DNA of 64,000 nucleotides from Tubulanus polymorphus (GCF_964204645.1 NC_134027.1:10448485-10512484); one strand, 5' to 3'; shown: positions 12,841-27,272, counted from the stretch's first letter. The notes: generated by a model from the sequence alone, not told the origin. Numbers and translations are program-made.

Positions 12841-14414
12841 TATAACCTTGTGATTTTTAATTAGATATTTAGATCTTCTCTAGTTGCCCTGCTGTTATTT
12901 TACATGAGTTTATATATACATATGTGCAAAACAAATCAATTATCTATTGTCATTTTGTGAATCTGGTATTTATTGATGAAAATTATTAAGGAAATGAATA
13001 AATAAACGAATAAATAGATAAATCATCTCCGTTTGATCGCGGCAATAGTCCCCAACTTCCGCCGATTGGCCAGTTGGTGCTGTAGGAATCTATTTTAGAT
13101 GACACTCGCGTTCACGTAATGATTTTATTGACCTAACACCCATGCATCCATCTTGCGAAATCATAAAAATGATCATACCGCGATAAAAAAGTATAAACAC
13201 AGTTGATGAACGCTAAATGTGCTTTTGTCGCTAAAACATCGATAGGATTAAACTCCCGATGACGATGGTGGTAGCTTTTAACGATATCGCGTGTCAATCC
13301 TTTCGCGTACATCTTTTACCATTTGGTCATCGTATATCATTTATGTATGAGGCTGTATATGTATATGTAGCATAGTACCGGTCTGGCATTATTTGAAATG
13401 ATCCGCTGTATTTCATTATGCACTTTTTACGCAATAAAGGTTTCGTGGTGATTATTTGTTTTGGCGTGTGATCAACCATGTAGTAATGATCACGCATAAT
13501 TGAACGAGTTTTATCTTCTGACATGCATAATCTACGTGAACGCGTGATTTAATTTGCGTCTTCCGAAATCAAACTCGATATTTTGCAATTCAATTTTCGC
13601 ACCGGTGATTTAGTTAAATTTTCTCTAAATGGTTCTGCCATAAAGCACTTCCGAAACGCTCTGGGCTCTATTTCGTATATGCCACCAGTCTAGGTATATT
13701 ATACGAAAAGATTTGTTTAAAAATGGAAGGAAAATTCATATCACAGCACATAATATACGGAAAACGTATTAATACATTTATCTACATATACACAGAATAA
13801 TATTTCTGGGTTTTGATTCTTTGTGGGAAGCGTGCAATATTTTTCCCGAGTCAAGTCATTATCTGTCAATTAGCGAACAATTTACGATGCAAATCACATT
13901 TTCGTCACAAAACCAGATTATGCTGTTGTGATGGTGAATGTAATTTCTGGATCACGGCTAATACCGTTCAGACCGGCATCGCGCATGTTTAAGACGCTGC
14001 ACTGGTAGCAGGAAGTTATTTGTGTTTGTCTGGCGTTTCGTGGTGCAGTCCTGATGTGTTTTGTTTCCTGAAGTTCAATAAATTACTGCATTTTGACGGG
14101 CTGTTTTGCATACTGGGATATCATCAGTTATAGGCTTCGTGTCTGATGAGGCTTTTCCTTCCGCGCAGGCCATGCCAAAGGAACTCGGCTGATTGAAGCA
14201 AATTTAACAGGAAATTTGCTGATATCTGCTGTCGGAGAAGGCTTTTTTGTACGATTGACAGTGGTACATTTTGTGTCTGATGATAGCATATAAAAATCTT
14301 CTTAGTTTTCGGTTTCCAATACCTCACGATGTGGAAGCGGAGCATTGTTCCTGTCACTGAAACATGCCGCTTGGAAATCGAATCCGAAAATAAACTAATC
14401 CACCTTAGGCTGAA

Positions 14415-14620
14415 AATGATACGTCGTTTCTCCAGATCGGCCGGGTCATTTTGCAAAATGCAGCAAAATCTAGTAATCAGTTCATTTCTATAGCTGCCGG
14501 GTCTGTTTGGGTTAGCTTGATCGTGATTTTAAGAAAAGTAATGTACATGGGTCAACTTTTAAAGCTAGGCAGAAATGAGAGATCAATTTCTCAGCCTAAA
14601 TACGATAAGACCATTTAAAA
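14415..14620 (+). mobile_element. Repeat family H, copy 1
   Basis: ATCGGCCGGGTCATTTTG...ATAGCTGCCGGGT...AAAAGTAATGTACA, shared with 52065-52385. Confidence 0.75.
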
Positions 14621-16054
14621 CCACATGAAACCGTGATATAAACGTTTGTAGTTTTATTAATCTTTCATACGTTTTATCAATTCTTATTTCCATTTGCGTT
14701 ATTGTATACGTCAAAAGTCGTTCGTTCCTCGATATTCGACCGCGTAAATGGACACGTTAATTTGCATATACGGCAATGGTGACACATCAACCGTGCACGA
14801 CATGTACGTGCGACGATCGGCGCCGTATTATGACATAATCGAATATGAGCTTTACACATCTCATAACTTCATCAGTAGTTAATTACGGCTTGTGCTGATC
14901 GGTCGACATCTTTCATCGAATCATCAACGGCGCTTTTGTGTGCGACGCGATCCTATCGTTCTTTCGTCGAGTGCGACGTCTTCATCGCAGACGTTTATCC
15001 GGTTGCAGATTCAGAGGCAAATTTTTAGGAAAAAGAATGCCCCAAAATGCAATTAGCGAAATCCTATTTCTTTTTGTAGCTTTGTATATTTCTTGTGTCA
15101 TGTTGTTTCTGCCCCTTTTTATCTTTATTTCATTGAAAATAATGTTACCTTGATTGCGATAAATAGAAAAACTCAAACTAAAATAGGATCTTAGAGGCAG
15201 CCATTAAAAATCGACCAGATAATCTCCACCACTCTTCTCTTACTGAACGATATTACTGAAAAATTAGTAAAACATTCGAAATATTTTGGTAGCGATGGCA
15301 AAATATTGACAATCCGCAAGAAAGCCGTCTGGAGCCCAAGCTACTTGATCGTTAAACTCCGTCAAAGATGGTGGCGGGCGCACGCTGAAACTCTGTTGCA
15401 GTGCCAAGTGTATTTAATGAGAGTCGCTCCCGATGCAGCGCACTGAAAATCACCATCTCCTTCGTACAACAATAAAAAGACAATCGGCCGCGCTAGCCGC
15501 GCTTTTAATAGCCGCATTAATGATTTCAAAGCTTTTGTATTCTCGCGAGAGAAAAGCTTCGACGCGCTTTCGAATAGCCTTAACAACGTGATAATAGTGC
15601 TCGGGTGACAATAAGCACGAGTCCCATCAATAAACCCGGCAATATTAGCTCGCCGGATAGTTCGAATATTAGATTCAGTGATTCAGTGGATTCGACGACG
15701 GCTTAATTCACCATTATTTACCGTTGACTTGATCGACGAAGGAAGGCCTTAAATGAGACAAAGACGATTAGATAATGCATTTTGATCATATCTTTTTGCT
15801 GATGATTTTGTCGTGGGCAAGATCGATAGATTAAATGCTGCGATGGGTGATCAGATCGTGGGAAAATTAGTGCGTGGCTTCATAAAAAACCGCTCGCAGA
15901 TATGATAAAACGAATATTTGATTTGAAATTTGTAAAAAAAGAAACAAAAATTGAAATTGGCCAGAATCAATTACTCTGAAATACTTATCGTAGAATCTTG
16001 GAGTAGGTGCCACAGATGAAACGAGATATGTCCCAATTAGGTTTTCAATTAGGT

Positions 16055-16260
16055 GAGTCGATGTGCACTACGTCATCAATATTGGCGTTGCGAAATAACA
16101 ATGACAATTTTGAATATTTGCGTTTATTTTCTAATCAAATAATTTCATGACTTTTATTTTCTATTTATGAATTTTCATGTCGTTCTGATAATGCTTATCG
16201 GATGAGTTGATGTACATCACGTCAACAATATTGGGGCTAGACTGGCTGCCGGTCAATATA
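16055..16260 (+). mobile_element. Repeat family A, partial copy 3
   Basis: GAGTCGATGTGCACTACGTCATCAATATTGGCG...GGGCTAGACTGGCTGCCGGTCAAT. Confidence 0.8.
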
Positions 16261-17987
16261 TCATTTTGAAGAAGTTTTTGGAAGATTGAACCAATATATT
16301 CGTGAATTTATATCAGATAATTGAGAAGTCCCGTTCTCTTCAAGTGTAAACATCGGTTATATCGCGATTCCGCTCGTCTTGTCGGCATCACAGACTGGAT
16401 TATAGATTGCGTTGGTTTTCCCATAGAGTTGTCACACACTTTTCACATTACGGAGCATTCTCTTACCTGTCGTCGAGCATCGCGTACAGTTGATTTTCCC
16501 TCGTTAGTTATTGATGAAGTCGCGGTGTCGCTCGCTCGCGAACCTCGGTCAGACAACAAACGCGCATGCGCCGTCGATGCGGTAAGCACGCGCCACGCGC
16601 CCGATCGCGGAGTGGGAACATTTTCCCAGCTTCGGCGGCGTCGTGAAATCCGTACGTGCCGGTCGCACGTTTTGCGCCGAGTCGAACGCGGTTGAATTTC
16701 ATTCAAAACTTATCCGACTCTCGAGTTGACGAATAAATCAATGTTATGCATTTGTGGTCGAAACGTGACGATACGTGTAAATCGATTCATTATTTGTTGT
16801 CCGATGCCAAACACGGCATCGCTGACAATTGGAAACAATGAACGTGTAATAATGAAATATACGTACATCTCTTTAATACATCGGAACGGACTAATTTGAT
16901 ATTTAAAAAATCGGCCATTACGCGACGACCCCGGTGTTTTTAACGTTGGGTTTTATTTGTGATATCTTAAGAACACACCTGTGAGCTTCCAGCGTCGGCC
17001 GCGATATCCGGATTTGTATAGTCGAGCGTCAATCGAATTTGAATAAATCTACAATTACCGCATAGTTTGTATTTGATTTATCGACGGACACAATGCATTT
17101 TCATCGATAGCTTTGCTAAACGCGGGCGGCGTCGACTTCGGCCGTGCGTATTGATCTAAAATATTAGGGTATCTTGGTCATCATTCGGTACGACGATTCT
17201 GGAGCTGGACAGAGCGGACACGTGATCCGACAAAGCCCGCTATGGCACAAAGACACCGATATTTTGAAAGCTTGTTTTCGGTTATGAATCGGTTCTATTT
17301 GGATTAGGGGGCAATAAATCGCTTACTCGAGTCAAACCTGCAGTTAAGCTTTGCCGAGATGAATAGCGATATCGCACGTGTTCCGCAATGTCCAGCATTA
17401 ATCTCGGCCTAATCCGAATTCTTCGCCCAGATTGATTTCTTCTATTGAGACGGTCACGAGCCCACGGCTAACTGGACACACGCTCCACATTCAAAGCCAT
17501 TCCGGACAGCCGCTCGCCGGATTTGGAACTCATCGAGTCTTGTTTTGTCTGCGCTGACATAATCTTCTATTTTTCACGTTCGATCCGTAATAGTCATTTG
17601 TTATCTGCGGTGTTATTAATTTGCTCAATTACCCACAATTAATTTATAATGCAAATCCAGGCATCTCCGTACGAACGGGTCACCGAGAATAAATAGCCTC
17701 CTTATAGCTCGAGACGTGTATTTAAGAATTTGCTATAAACACGGAATGACAATGCCGCCGGCGTTATCTAGGCCTCACGCCGGCATTGAAAATGAAAATG
17801 TGTAAGAAGTTTTCAAAATGCTGAAGCCTATTTCTACTCGACACACTGATCGATAAGGCACATTGTCTATTTGGACCCATGAAATTTGGCCCTTGAGTGT
17901 GTTCGTTTCGAATGTTTTAACTCAAGATCATGATTTTAACACTCAACTGTGAAAGTTCTGCACATACAATGGTGTTTTCTATAGTTT

Positions 17988-18320
17988 TCGTTACAATAAT
18001 GTTCTTATATGCTGATACCTAGCATGCGTTATATAAGGGGTTCTGTGTGAGTCGAAGTGCACTACGTCATCAATATTGGCGTTTTAAAATAACATTTACA
18101 ATGGTGAATTTTGGCGTGAACTATTATTCTATACATTTGATAAATTTTGATAATCATTTTTGATAGGATGTGCACTAGGTCATCAACATATCAGGGCTAG
18201 ACTGGTGCCGGTCAATTCAATACAATTATCGATATATTCGAATTCGAATTAACTTTATTGACCATTAATATCATATAATCTATTTCGTATAATCTATTGT
18301 CGTCAATGTTAAGCAATATA
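17988..18320 (+). mobile_element. Repeat family A, copy 4
   Basis: Same diagnostic blocks. Confidence 0.85.
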
Positions 18321-19419
18321 TGTGTTATTTTTTCAATGAATCAATGAAGTTTGTTGTTTACAAGATAGTTTACTTGTTTACAAGATATGGCATTGTGGGC
18401 CACGAGGAACCACATTTTTCAACTGCGAAAGTTACGATGCCTTGAATATACGAATCACTTGAATTTCGTCAATCGATGAACACACTCGCGAAAAATGGCG
18501 AGCTTTTTACGGATAATAATAAGTGCTACTTAGAACTGTTTTTACTCATTAGCCACACGTTGAATTACGTTAGTTAGTTGAATGAACTGGAAAATAACAG
18601 CGCGCCTGAGTTGTGAGAACACAAACTCGATAGTGTGTTTACTGCACGTGCCGATTTTCGAACGGATTTTTCGAAAAAGCCATATCGCGGATAATACGCG
18701 GAAACGATTATTATGAATTTTTATCCATTGGCGGCGATATATCGTGCGGTCGCATTAATTGCTTTAAAAATAATCAATGCCGCTCGTATACGCGCAGACG
18801 AAAAATCGAAGAATCACGAGAACGGGCTTAAAAAACGGTGCATTTTACATATGTTTAAAAATTCCCGCGCGCGCGATACAGATCTATTGTCGCCGGAATA
18901 TCGTCGTACGCGCGGCCACCTCTGTTGTTTCTTCGGCGTTCATCTGGCCGACGGTTGAACGGCATAAATTTGACGCCCGTGTCAATAAATGACCGGTGGT
19001 CGCGATTTGGCTGTTTATTTCTGGAATGATGATCCGTGTGATGGGGTGATTTTCCGCACCTGTGATAACATGAAATTACCATTAGATTCATAACTAGAGC
19101 GCCGACGGTGTCATTCAGTATAACCCCTTGCATTGGGCCGGCGAAGATGATACATTTTTTCGCCTCTTCCACGTGTCTCACGGCCTTATGCATGCCTTTC
19201 GGGGCCCAAATGTAGAGTCCAGTTAAGTAGTTCCAGGACGAATAACCTATTTACATTCATCCGCACTACATCCGAGTTTATGCGCTAATCTACCAACGTA
19301 TGGAATATGTTCCTACACCCTTGTACTATTACCCCGTATTCTGGGCCCCTTTTAGTTTTATAGCTTTGAATTTAATCACATCGGTTTGGCTTTAGAAGCT
19401 AAGGCTGTGGGTTTTGTCT

Positions 19420-19800
19420 CATTAAGACGGCCACATTGGGAACCCGCAACACCAGCTAACCCACCAGATGGCGTGGTGAACACTCAGTCTTTCTTAGTCA
19501 AAATTAGTTTATTTTCAATGAATTTTGAACCGAATCTTTTGGCTCCCGAATCCGTATATTATCGCAAGACCCACTAAATATACAATAAATTCATTTTTCT
19601 ACTCAGATATGGGTATAATGTTCATAATTTGATCTATTTCTGAGAAAGGTCCATTCAGTTTTAATTGAAATGTAGAAGAAATCGAATGCGGAAGACCATG
19701 GACGTATCTAGTTTATACGTCCATGGGAAGACCAACTAACTACTAGCGAACTTGGTGGATCCTCGCATGCCATGAGTGGAATCCTCGATTGCCACAGAAG
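19420..19800 (+). mobile_element. Repeat family G, copy 1 (contains a 31-bp insertion)
   Basis: Colinear with 44620-44932 (ACCAGCTA..CCARATGGCGTG, CTCCCGAATCC, CTACTAGYGAACYTGGYGGATCCTCGC). Confidence 0.8.
19696..19726. mobile_element. 31-bp palindromic micro-element with target-site duplication
   Basis: gaaga|CCATGGACGTAT-CTAGTTT-ATACGTCCATGG|gaaga; the insert is absent from the paralogous site near 44868. Confidence 0.8.
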
Positions 19801-20734
19801 GTCGCAGATTTCCCATTGAAACACTTATCAACGTGATTGCATTCCAAGTCTGACACGAATTCCTTGCGTTCAGCTGTCTTACCTTTCTTCACACAAAATC
19901 CTTCACACAAAATCAAAATTGTTACAAAATCATCCTGTTTTGCTAAAAAAGTGAAATAAAAGCGCAAAAAGCGTTTGATTTCGCAAACGACTTGACTCGA
20001 ACTACTACAATATACTCTGAATACTCATTCGCAATTTCACAGTACAAGAAAACATGCACCAACTCCAGGTGTCCTTACGTGACTAAATAAAGGTACATTA
20101 AGCCTTAATGGCGGTGAGCCTATACACGGCATATCTTCACATGCAAAACACACAATGTATGGTTACTTTTTAGTCATACATACCGAGAACAAATAGACGC
20201 ACTTGTGCCTCCCATGAAACAACCGCCATTGAAAAGAGAAACGCATGCGTCGAAATAATGCACGTTCGTTTTGCGATATTGTTTAAATAAAAATACGTAC
20301 TTAGGACACACAAATCGGTAACAATGAATATTTCTTGAATAAGAACACCTTAAAGGTTTGTGCCCGCGGAGATATCTTCGGGCAGCACGTGGCAACTTAC
20401 TACGCCGTGCGTGATGGTTACTCTTCGTACGTACCCGGCAAGAGAAAGTAGCGTCGATTGCGCCGCAGGACAATATCAAACATAGCCTCATCGCCACTGA
20501 TTGAGGTATACCAGGGCGAGTTTAATTGGCAATAATTATTTTCGAAAACAATTAGGCCATGCGCTGAGTTTTTTGTTACTTTTTTCAACTTTCTCGCACG
20601 GTAACAAGAGCAATGTGCCGAATTGCTTTGACTTGTGTGTTTTACTAGTTTGCCTTAGTAACGGTCCATTGGTCCTAGGAGAACTTATCAATGGTTTTCT
20701 TTCATAATGTTGCACATATGATATACTACCATGT

Positions 20735-20965
20735 TTTTAAGATAGGGATTCACCCCATTGTTTATTTGATTGGTAGTTTTCGTTTGATTTCTTATGATTA
20801 AGTGTCCCTTACAAACCTGCTTCACCTGCCGGGAGCGAAACAGGAGGGGGGATTTGAAATTTGAAATCAAAGTACATATATGTAGATGTGTGATCGGCGG
20901 TCGAATTTACAGAACTTTTTGTTTAAATCGAAGCACATACACAATGGAAAATTTCAGTTCCATAT
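20735..20965 (-). mobile_element. Repeat family C copy
   Basis: TTAAGATAGGGATT...GTGTCCCTTACAAACC...CACCTGCCGGGAGCGAAACAGG. Confidence 0.8.
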
Positions 20966-23900
20966 CACCCTATAACTCTGTATGCATGATATTGAGCATA
21001 CTGCGAAACCAATGGTTTTTTAAATTTTTGCGTTAGTTACTTAGATAATCGTGGACAGCTACATAAGTCACGAATATTTTCTCGGTGACTGGCAATGACG
21101 AGGAGTCATCATCGGCACGGCTTTGTTTTGATACGTTATACGTCCTAATTGGCTGTCATGCTGAGCCCACGGCCACCGAGAAACGTCGCGGCAATAATAG
21201 CAGAGCATCGCGTAACCACCGCCAGGCTTCCGGACTCCACACGGGCCCGAGGGTTCGCTACTAATTCTCGAGCACGGCTGATTTTCTCTCCATTTTCATC
21301 GCTTAATGAACGATAAATGGTGTACTATACACGACGCACAATAATCGGGCGAATTTCTTCTGAAACGGTTAGCGTTTCATTTCATAGAAAGACTACCTTG
21401 TTTTGCCAACGAAGATCAATCAGTCGTTCATTCATCTAGTCCACACTCATTCGCCGTATCGGTCTATCTATCATTTTGCTCTTTAAGTGCAATTGTTGAT
21501 GGTTTGAAATTGATGGTTTGCAAAACGTGTCATGATCCATTGAAACAAAGAATACGGATACGCTCAGTGAAGCTCACCTTTATCATTCTGAACTACAATA
21601 TCGATGCATCATTACAACAAGAACTTTTGAATTTTTGAGAAAAGACTGTTTCCTCTTGTTTCATAAAGGGCTTTCTCGAGTGCAACTATTGTAACCGAAA
21701 AGCCATCTTGTGACAAGTGAGGCCCGGCCAGGTTTACAAGTGGTTAGTCAATAACAATCAAAACAACTTTACTCACTAAAACTCTTAAATCATTAGATGA
21801 AATACTAAACTTTTTAAATGAAATAAAATGAACTTTATTGACAATCATTACCTCAAAGCAGGACATCAAAAAGTATTTACAATTATAAAACATAACATGG
21901 AATACCGGAAGTATGTTAGTTACGCCATCTAGTGGAATACCTGAATTTACGGGAAGCCGAAGTACTGACTAAAAGCCAATCCTTCCCAAATCTATCTGGA
22001 TTGAATACCGTGTTTTTAACATCGTGGCTTAAACATGCCGCTATTTTGGAACGGATTTCACGTGCCATAAAAAGCAGTCCTCGCATGAAGAGGACGGAGA
22101 AAACATTTCCTCGACAGGAAAGTTTATTTCCTGCCCGCATCCGTGCTCGCCGAAACGAAATTACTTAAATCAAACCGTCCAGCGCCCGCAGCAGTAATCA
22201 CCGCCCGACGTCAGATATTTTGCGGCCGTGATTCGTCGGATCTGAAGGCGTAATAAACGAGATCAAAGAACGGCGATCACCCCCGATAAACCAGGAATTA
22301 GATCAGGCTTATTACTGCAGCACCGCGCGGTATAATCCGCGCTGGAAGAATTTACTTTATCAATTTGGTTGTGATATTGGAAACGTTTATTAGTTGTCGC
22401 TTCGTTCAATGTTGGATATCACGTTTTGTTGGCTAATGGCAAAGTCGGCAGGATTTATTGAAATCTCGCGTAGCCGGACGATAGATAATAGTCGTTTTAA
22501 GCACTGCGAGATGGGAAAAAGGATGCCCTGAAGCATGTCATCATTCAGACTCAATTTCTGGCATAAAGCTTATTTAATAATCTAGTTTACAGCGAAACGA
22601 GATATTTCCATGCATCGGCATAAAACAGGCGCGAAAGAGACTTCGATCTAAGATGTAATTGACGGTCATTCGTTACATCACTCCCCAGACGGCTAAATAA
22701 TGCGCTATGATATCAGAGCAAGATATACACGTCAGTACATATACATGCATATGAATGATTGTTCTTTTAACTGCCGAAAAACAACTTTTATATACTAGAT
22801 AACAGCTAATTTAATCACAGCAAGTAATTATTGAAGTTTATGAGTGAATATGAGATTTCTTGACTGGTAGACTGAATATTCAGAGTTGATAAGTAATATC
22901 CCACAATTGATGGTTAAACCATTTACTATCTGACAAAGCGAGGAGTTACGAGTTTTGACTAAATTCCATCAGCAGAGAAACCAAAATAGAATAATTACGT
23001 AATTTTACGTTAAATTGGGAAATGTCACCCTAACTGTTAAACCCAAGCGGCCATTTTCAAGTATCAATCTTTTTCTTGTATTTTCTGATTTTCTGCGAGC
23101 ACTGATTGATTGATGTCTGAAGAAAATGATAGTGATCGAACAAGGTAATCATTCGAAATGAAATAGTGATTACATGTAAAATCTGACCTACGATGCAAAA
23201 AATCCCCGAAACGATTTTCGGAAAGGTGCTAATTGAGAAAAAGACTCGGAAACATGTAATTACCTCATCAGTTGTTTCAGCACTGCGGACACTGGGACGT
23301 TTTGCACAGTATACAGATTAAATTACAAGAAAAAACGCTTGCTAATTACATCTAAATTCATCAGCTACCACTGTCTTGTACGTAATAGGATTACTATTTA
23401 CGTGATCGGGGTATCCAGGAGCTTTCAATGATACTGCGTTCACTCTTTTACTTATCAGGCAGTCGGCAATGACCCCTCCAATAGTAGATTTGGTGTAACT
23501 TGGCTGGAATTGACATCTGCTTTTAAGGATTTAAGGGTATGATCCAACAACTAGAACATCAATACTCAGTTTTGCTATTCATTGTCTAGATGAATCTTCG
23601 TTTGTTCTTTGTTTAGCCACCAATGCCACAATATTCAAAATGCTTGGCGATATCAGTTTAAAATAAACCCTGAAATCTCATCGTAAATGAGCACACACAA
23701 ATTAACGATAACTATTCCTGAGGCCCCGTTAGCTATATCATGATCGTGCCAGGCTAGCTGCGTGAGACAATCTCTAGGCAAAGATTGCCGCATGAATGGT
23801 CATCGGCTCGCGTCGATAGGCTAATCAAGGTCGTTAATTAGAATTTCATCCTTTGACCGTCCACCTGCCATTTGAACGGTCAAAGAAGAGCAACAATGGC

Positions 23901-24074
23901 TCAAACGGATATTGGAGTTTAACTTGATTTAGAACAGTATCTATGATGTAGGTGTTGTGTCTTATACTGCGGAATATGTGATCTTATTTTGCCATTTCTA
24001 AGCGATGCAACTGGGTCGATAACGTTATATGTGAACATTTTGAAGAAAATGACAATACGCAATAAGACATTAAA

Positions 24075-24402
24075 AGGCCGTGCCGAGCTTTTATGAGGGA
24101 CAGTTCTATTCCAGGAAAAATAACACTTTTTCGCCGTGAAAAGGGGCAGTTTCCTATTGAAAAATGACAGATCTTAAATATGATTTTTTCGATAACCTAA
24201 ACTTAATCAACGTCTCGACTTAAGAAATCTGAGTACTTGAATAAATCATGAGAATGGATTACTTTCATTAAAAAAGGACATGAAAATTGTATCCAAATTT
24301 CGAAAAGTCGATTTTTTTTAGACTGACTTATTGAAGGGCGCTTTGAAAATTTAGGGGGTTCGTTCGCTATCCCCAAACCACTACCCCCTCGGCATGGGCC
24401 TG
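24075..24402 (+). mobile_element. MITE family E, complete copy
   Basis: AGGCCGTGCCGAG ... CTCGGCATGGGCCTG terminal inverted repeats. Confidence 0.78.
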
Positions 24403-24920
24403 ATTAGTAATAAGAAAAATCGTGTTTGTCTCAAAATTCGATAAAGTGATATTCTGTGAATATGGTTAAATAATGTCACGTTGTTAGGAAGTTGTAATCT
24501 AAATGTTAAAATCTACTTAAAATGTTTTGTGTTTATTATGGAAATTGCGTATTATGAATTTGAAAAGGAGAGTGGCATTTGCTGCGTGATGAATGATCGG
24601 ACTTCTTCCTTCCAAGGTTACATTGACTATAATTTTTTCTAAACTTCGAAGATGTCGAGACATTGTTTTCGGCGACTTTTTAAAGCACCTGCCTTCGTCT
24701 CGGTCGTGTCTCCTGTCACGTGAACCTGTCTCCACGATCTATCTCGATCCGAAATATACCAATTTCGGCAGCTGGTTATTGTACCATCGACTATACGAAG
24801 CACGTGTACCTTCAAACCGATCGAACTATCATCGACCATCGTCTGCGACAAAAGCCGTCTTTCGTCGAGTTTTCAAAACGTCGGTCAAATATTGAATAAA
24901 ACTGTCAGTTATCTGAAAAT

Positions 24921-24942
24921 CACACACACACACACACACACA
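24921..24942. repeat. (CA)n microsatellite
   Basis: Run of CA dinucleotides read directly. Confidence 0.9.
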
Positions 24943-25989
24943 TAAATGTCGATTATAATTTCCAACGAAATAAATCCATACGTTGTAGTTTTGGCTGGCG
25001 ATCCGCGTAGCAACGAAACAATTATAAAATTCGTGTTTATCTAAGGCATCGGTGTTGTCTTGTGTCAACGCCTCATTAAATAGGCGCATCTGTGGTCGCA
25101 CGCATATTACGACGTTGCAACAACATCGATCATTTGCGTTGAAATTCCATCCCTTTTTAAACTTCGAAAACTTGTTGAAAACACAAAAGACTGGCGTTAA
25201 CAGTGGATACGCGCGCGCGCGCGCGTTAGTACGACGAATTGTACCCACAGTTTCAAGGCTCTTCGCGCGTTGGCGCGTTATGGGCTGATTCGTAATGGGC
25301 TCAGTCGGATGTTACGCACGAATGAATACGTGGTAATACGTACGCTCGTAGATTTTCATCAAATTTGAATTGATGGACCGCCGGCTGTCATCCCGATTTG
25401 TTCAGGAAAACGACTTAATGGCGTCGGCACCGGTGAGAAAGATTGCTTTAAGGTGTGATAAATCATTCGTGTTGCGTCGAATAACCGTGCGCGAAGAAAG
25501 GTCATGATCGCCGAATCCACAGAAATTCATGTCATAGATTCGATTTTAGAATTCGAAATCAAAGAGGCGAAACCTTTAGCAAGATTGATTTAGCATGGGC
25601 CCGTATTTCACTGCAGCATCCTCGTCCACGCTAATGGGTTCCGGGGGTATTTACGTTTTTCATGCATTCGTAACTTCCATTTTGTTGCAACGGAGAACCA
25701 TGGACTCTAAAACGAGGAGTCCTTTCGAATTGAGAGAATAACCAAGGATAAAGCTAGTTTGGAAAGGGAGCCTAATCTGTTCTTCAGTAATGCTTGGACC
25801 TCTGCGTTCTCGTCATTCACCAAGAAATGCCACCTCTATTTAATTAAATACCAACGACCAAAACATCATTTCATTGCAGTTACATACAATAAGAATATAT
25901 TTCTTGTCATCTTTATAATACAAGATCCTCAAATCGAGAATCGAAAACACTTTTTACAGCCCACCGATATGATGGAACGAGCTATGTCA

Positions 25990-26736
25990 GGATATTCAAA
26001 TATATTATCATTTATTTACAGAGCAAAATATCGTAAACAACAGTGTAATATTAACAATTTAAATGATAATGTCTAGAAAATGCATCGAGTACCTGATATC
26101 AGTATATAAATAATATAGTTCTGCTGAATATTCATGACTAGTGTTGTTTGTTATATGAAATTGCACATGCGCGCGGCGTACAATATTCTCAAAGAAGAGT
26201 CGCAGAAAATAAATTAGTAATCTATCCGACTCAGAATTTGGAATACATAATTGGAGAGTTGTGGTTTATCGTGAGAATTGGCGAATACCAGTAGGTTTCA
26301 GTCTACGCTATTCGAATTACTATATATATAACTGTTGTACCTCGAACGATATAGTAGAGTTTGGACGGTTATGGAGGATTTCGGCATCAGTCGCTTGTCG
26401 AGTCTTCATTTTGTTGAGCCAAAAACAAAAATAATTTATCGTTTATTCATCAATAGCAAACTCGTGTAGTAAGTGGATATTTCCAAAGAGGCTTTGGTAG
26501 CGGAAGGACACCGAAGCGAAGGAAGAGAATTTCGATCTTATAGATGGTGCGACTGTGTTTGAAAACAAAAGAAAAAAATGGAAACAGGTTACAAGGTTTG
26601 AAACCTTATTTCATTGTGAAATGTCCGCCGCTTCTTAGTGAATACACTTGCATTTTAAAAACTGAATCAACTGTGCCTTAATTTGCCACTTTATCGTCCT
26701 AGCAGCACCTAACATGCCGAGCAGATGACGGGCAGG
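25990..26736 (-). other. Probable 3' UTR of the ETS gene
   Basis: AT-rich, downstream of the stop. Minus-strand AATAAA near 26442 and at 26011-26016, the latter within TGTAAATAAA. Confidence 0.45.
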
Positions 26737-27272
26737 TCATGAATAATATGAGCCTAGATGCGATGGCATGTGACTAGTATGATGCGACATTGCGGCGTGA
26801 TTGGCAAAGTTCGAATACAAGTTTGCATTTGTCGACGACCAGTAACTCGACGGCGACGGAAAGAATCCGGAACCCCCGGACGTGATAGGCGCGTGGGCGC
26901 TCATGAAGTTAAACTTGGCGTTGTGGTGGTAGCTACTCATAAGCAGGTCCTGTTGGTATTTTGTGTATGGTGATGGGTCGGCGGTAGTCGGCTGCATCGC
27001 CTGCGCGAGTCCGGCAAAGTCAAATTTATACGCGTATCGTTTACCGTGGACTTTCGTCATAATGTTCTTGTCGTAATAGTACCGTAGGGCGCGACTCAAT
27101 TTATCGTAGTTCATGTTGGGCTTGCTTTTGCGTTCGCCCCAACGTCTGGCCACCTCGTCCGGGTCGACCATCTTAAATTCGCCGTTAGTTCCTTCCCACG
27201 TAATACAGTTCGTGTTGCCGCTGTCGCTGAGGAGCTCCAGTAGAAACTGCCACAGTTGGATTTGTCCGCTAC
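26737..27272 (-). CDS. ERG: ERG/FLI-like gene, terminal exon: complete ETS domain plus C-terminal activation region
   Basis: ORF 26737..27285 from the track. The acceptor ttcctttgtgcatcgtag|GT AGC GGA CAA starts the exon at 27272, at the conserved ERG intron position before [11 protein letters not shown] stop at 26737-26739. Confidence 0.97.
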
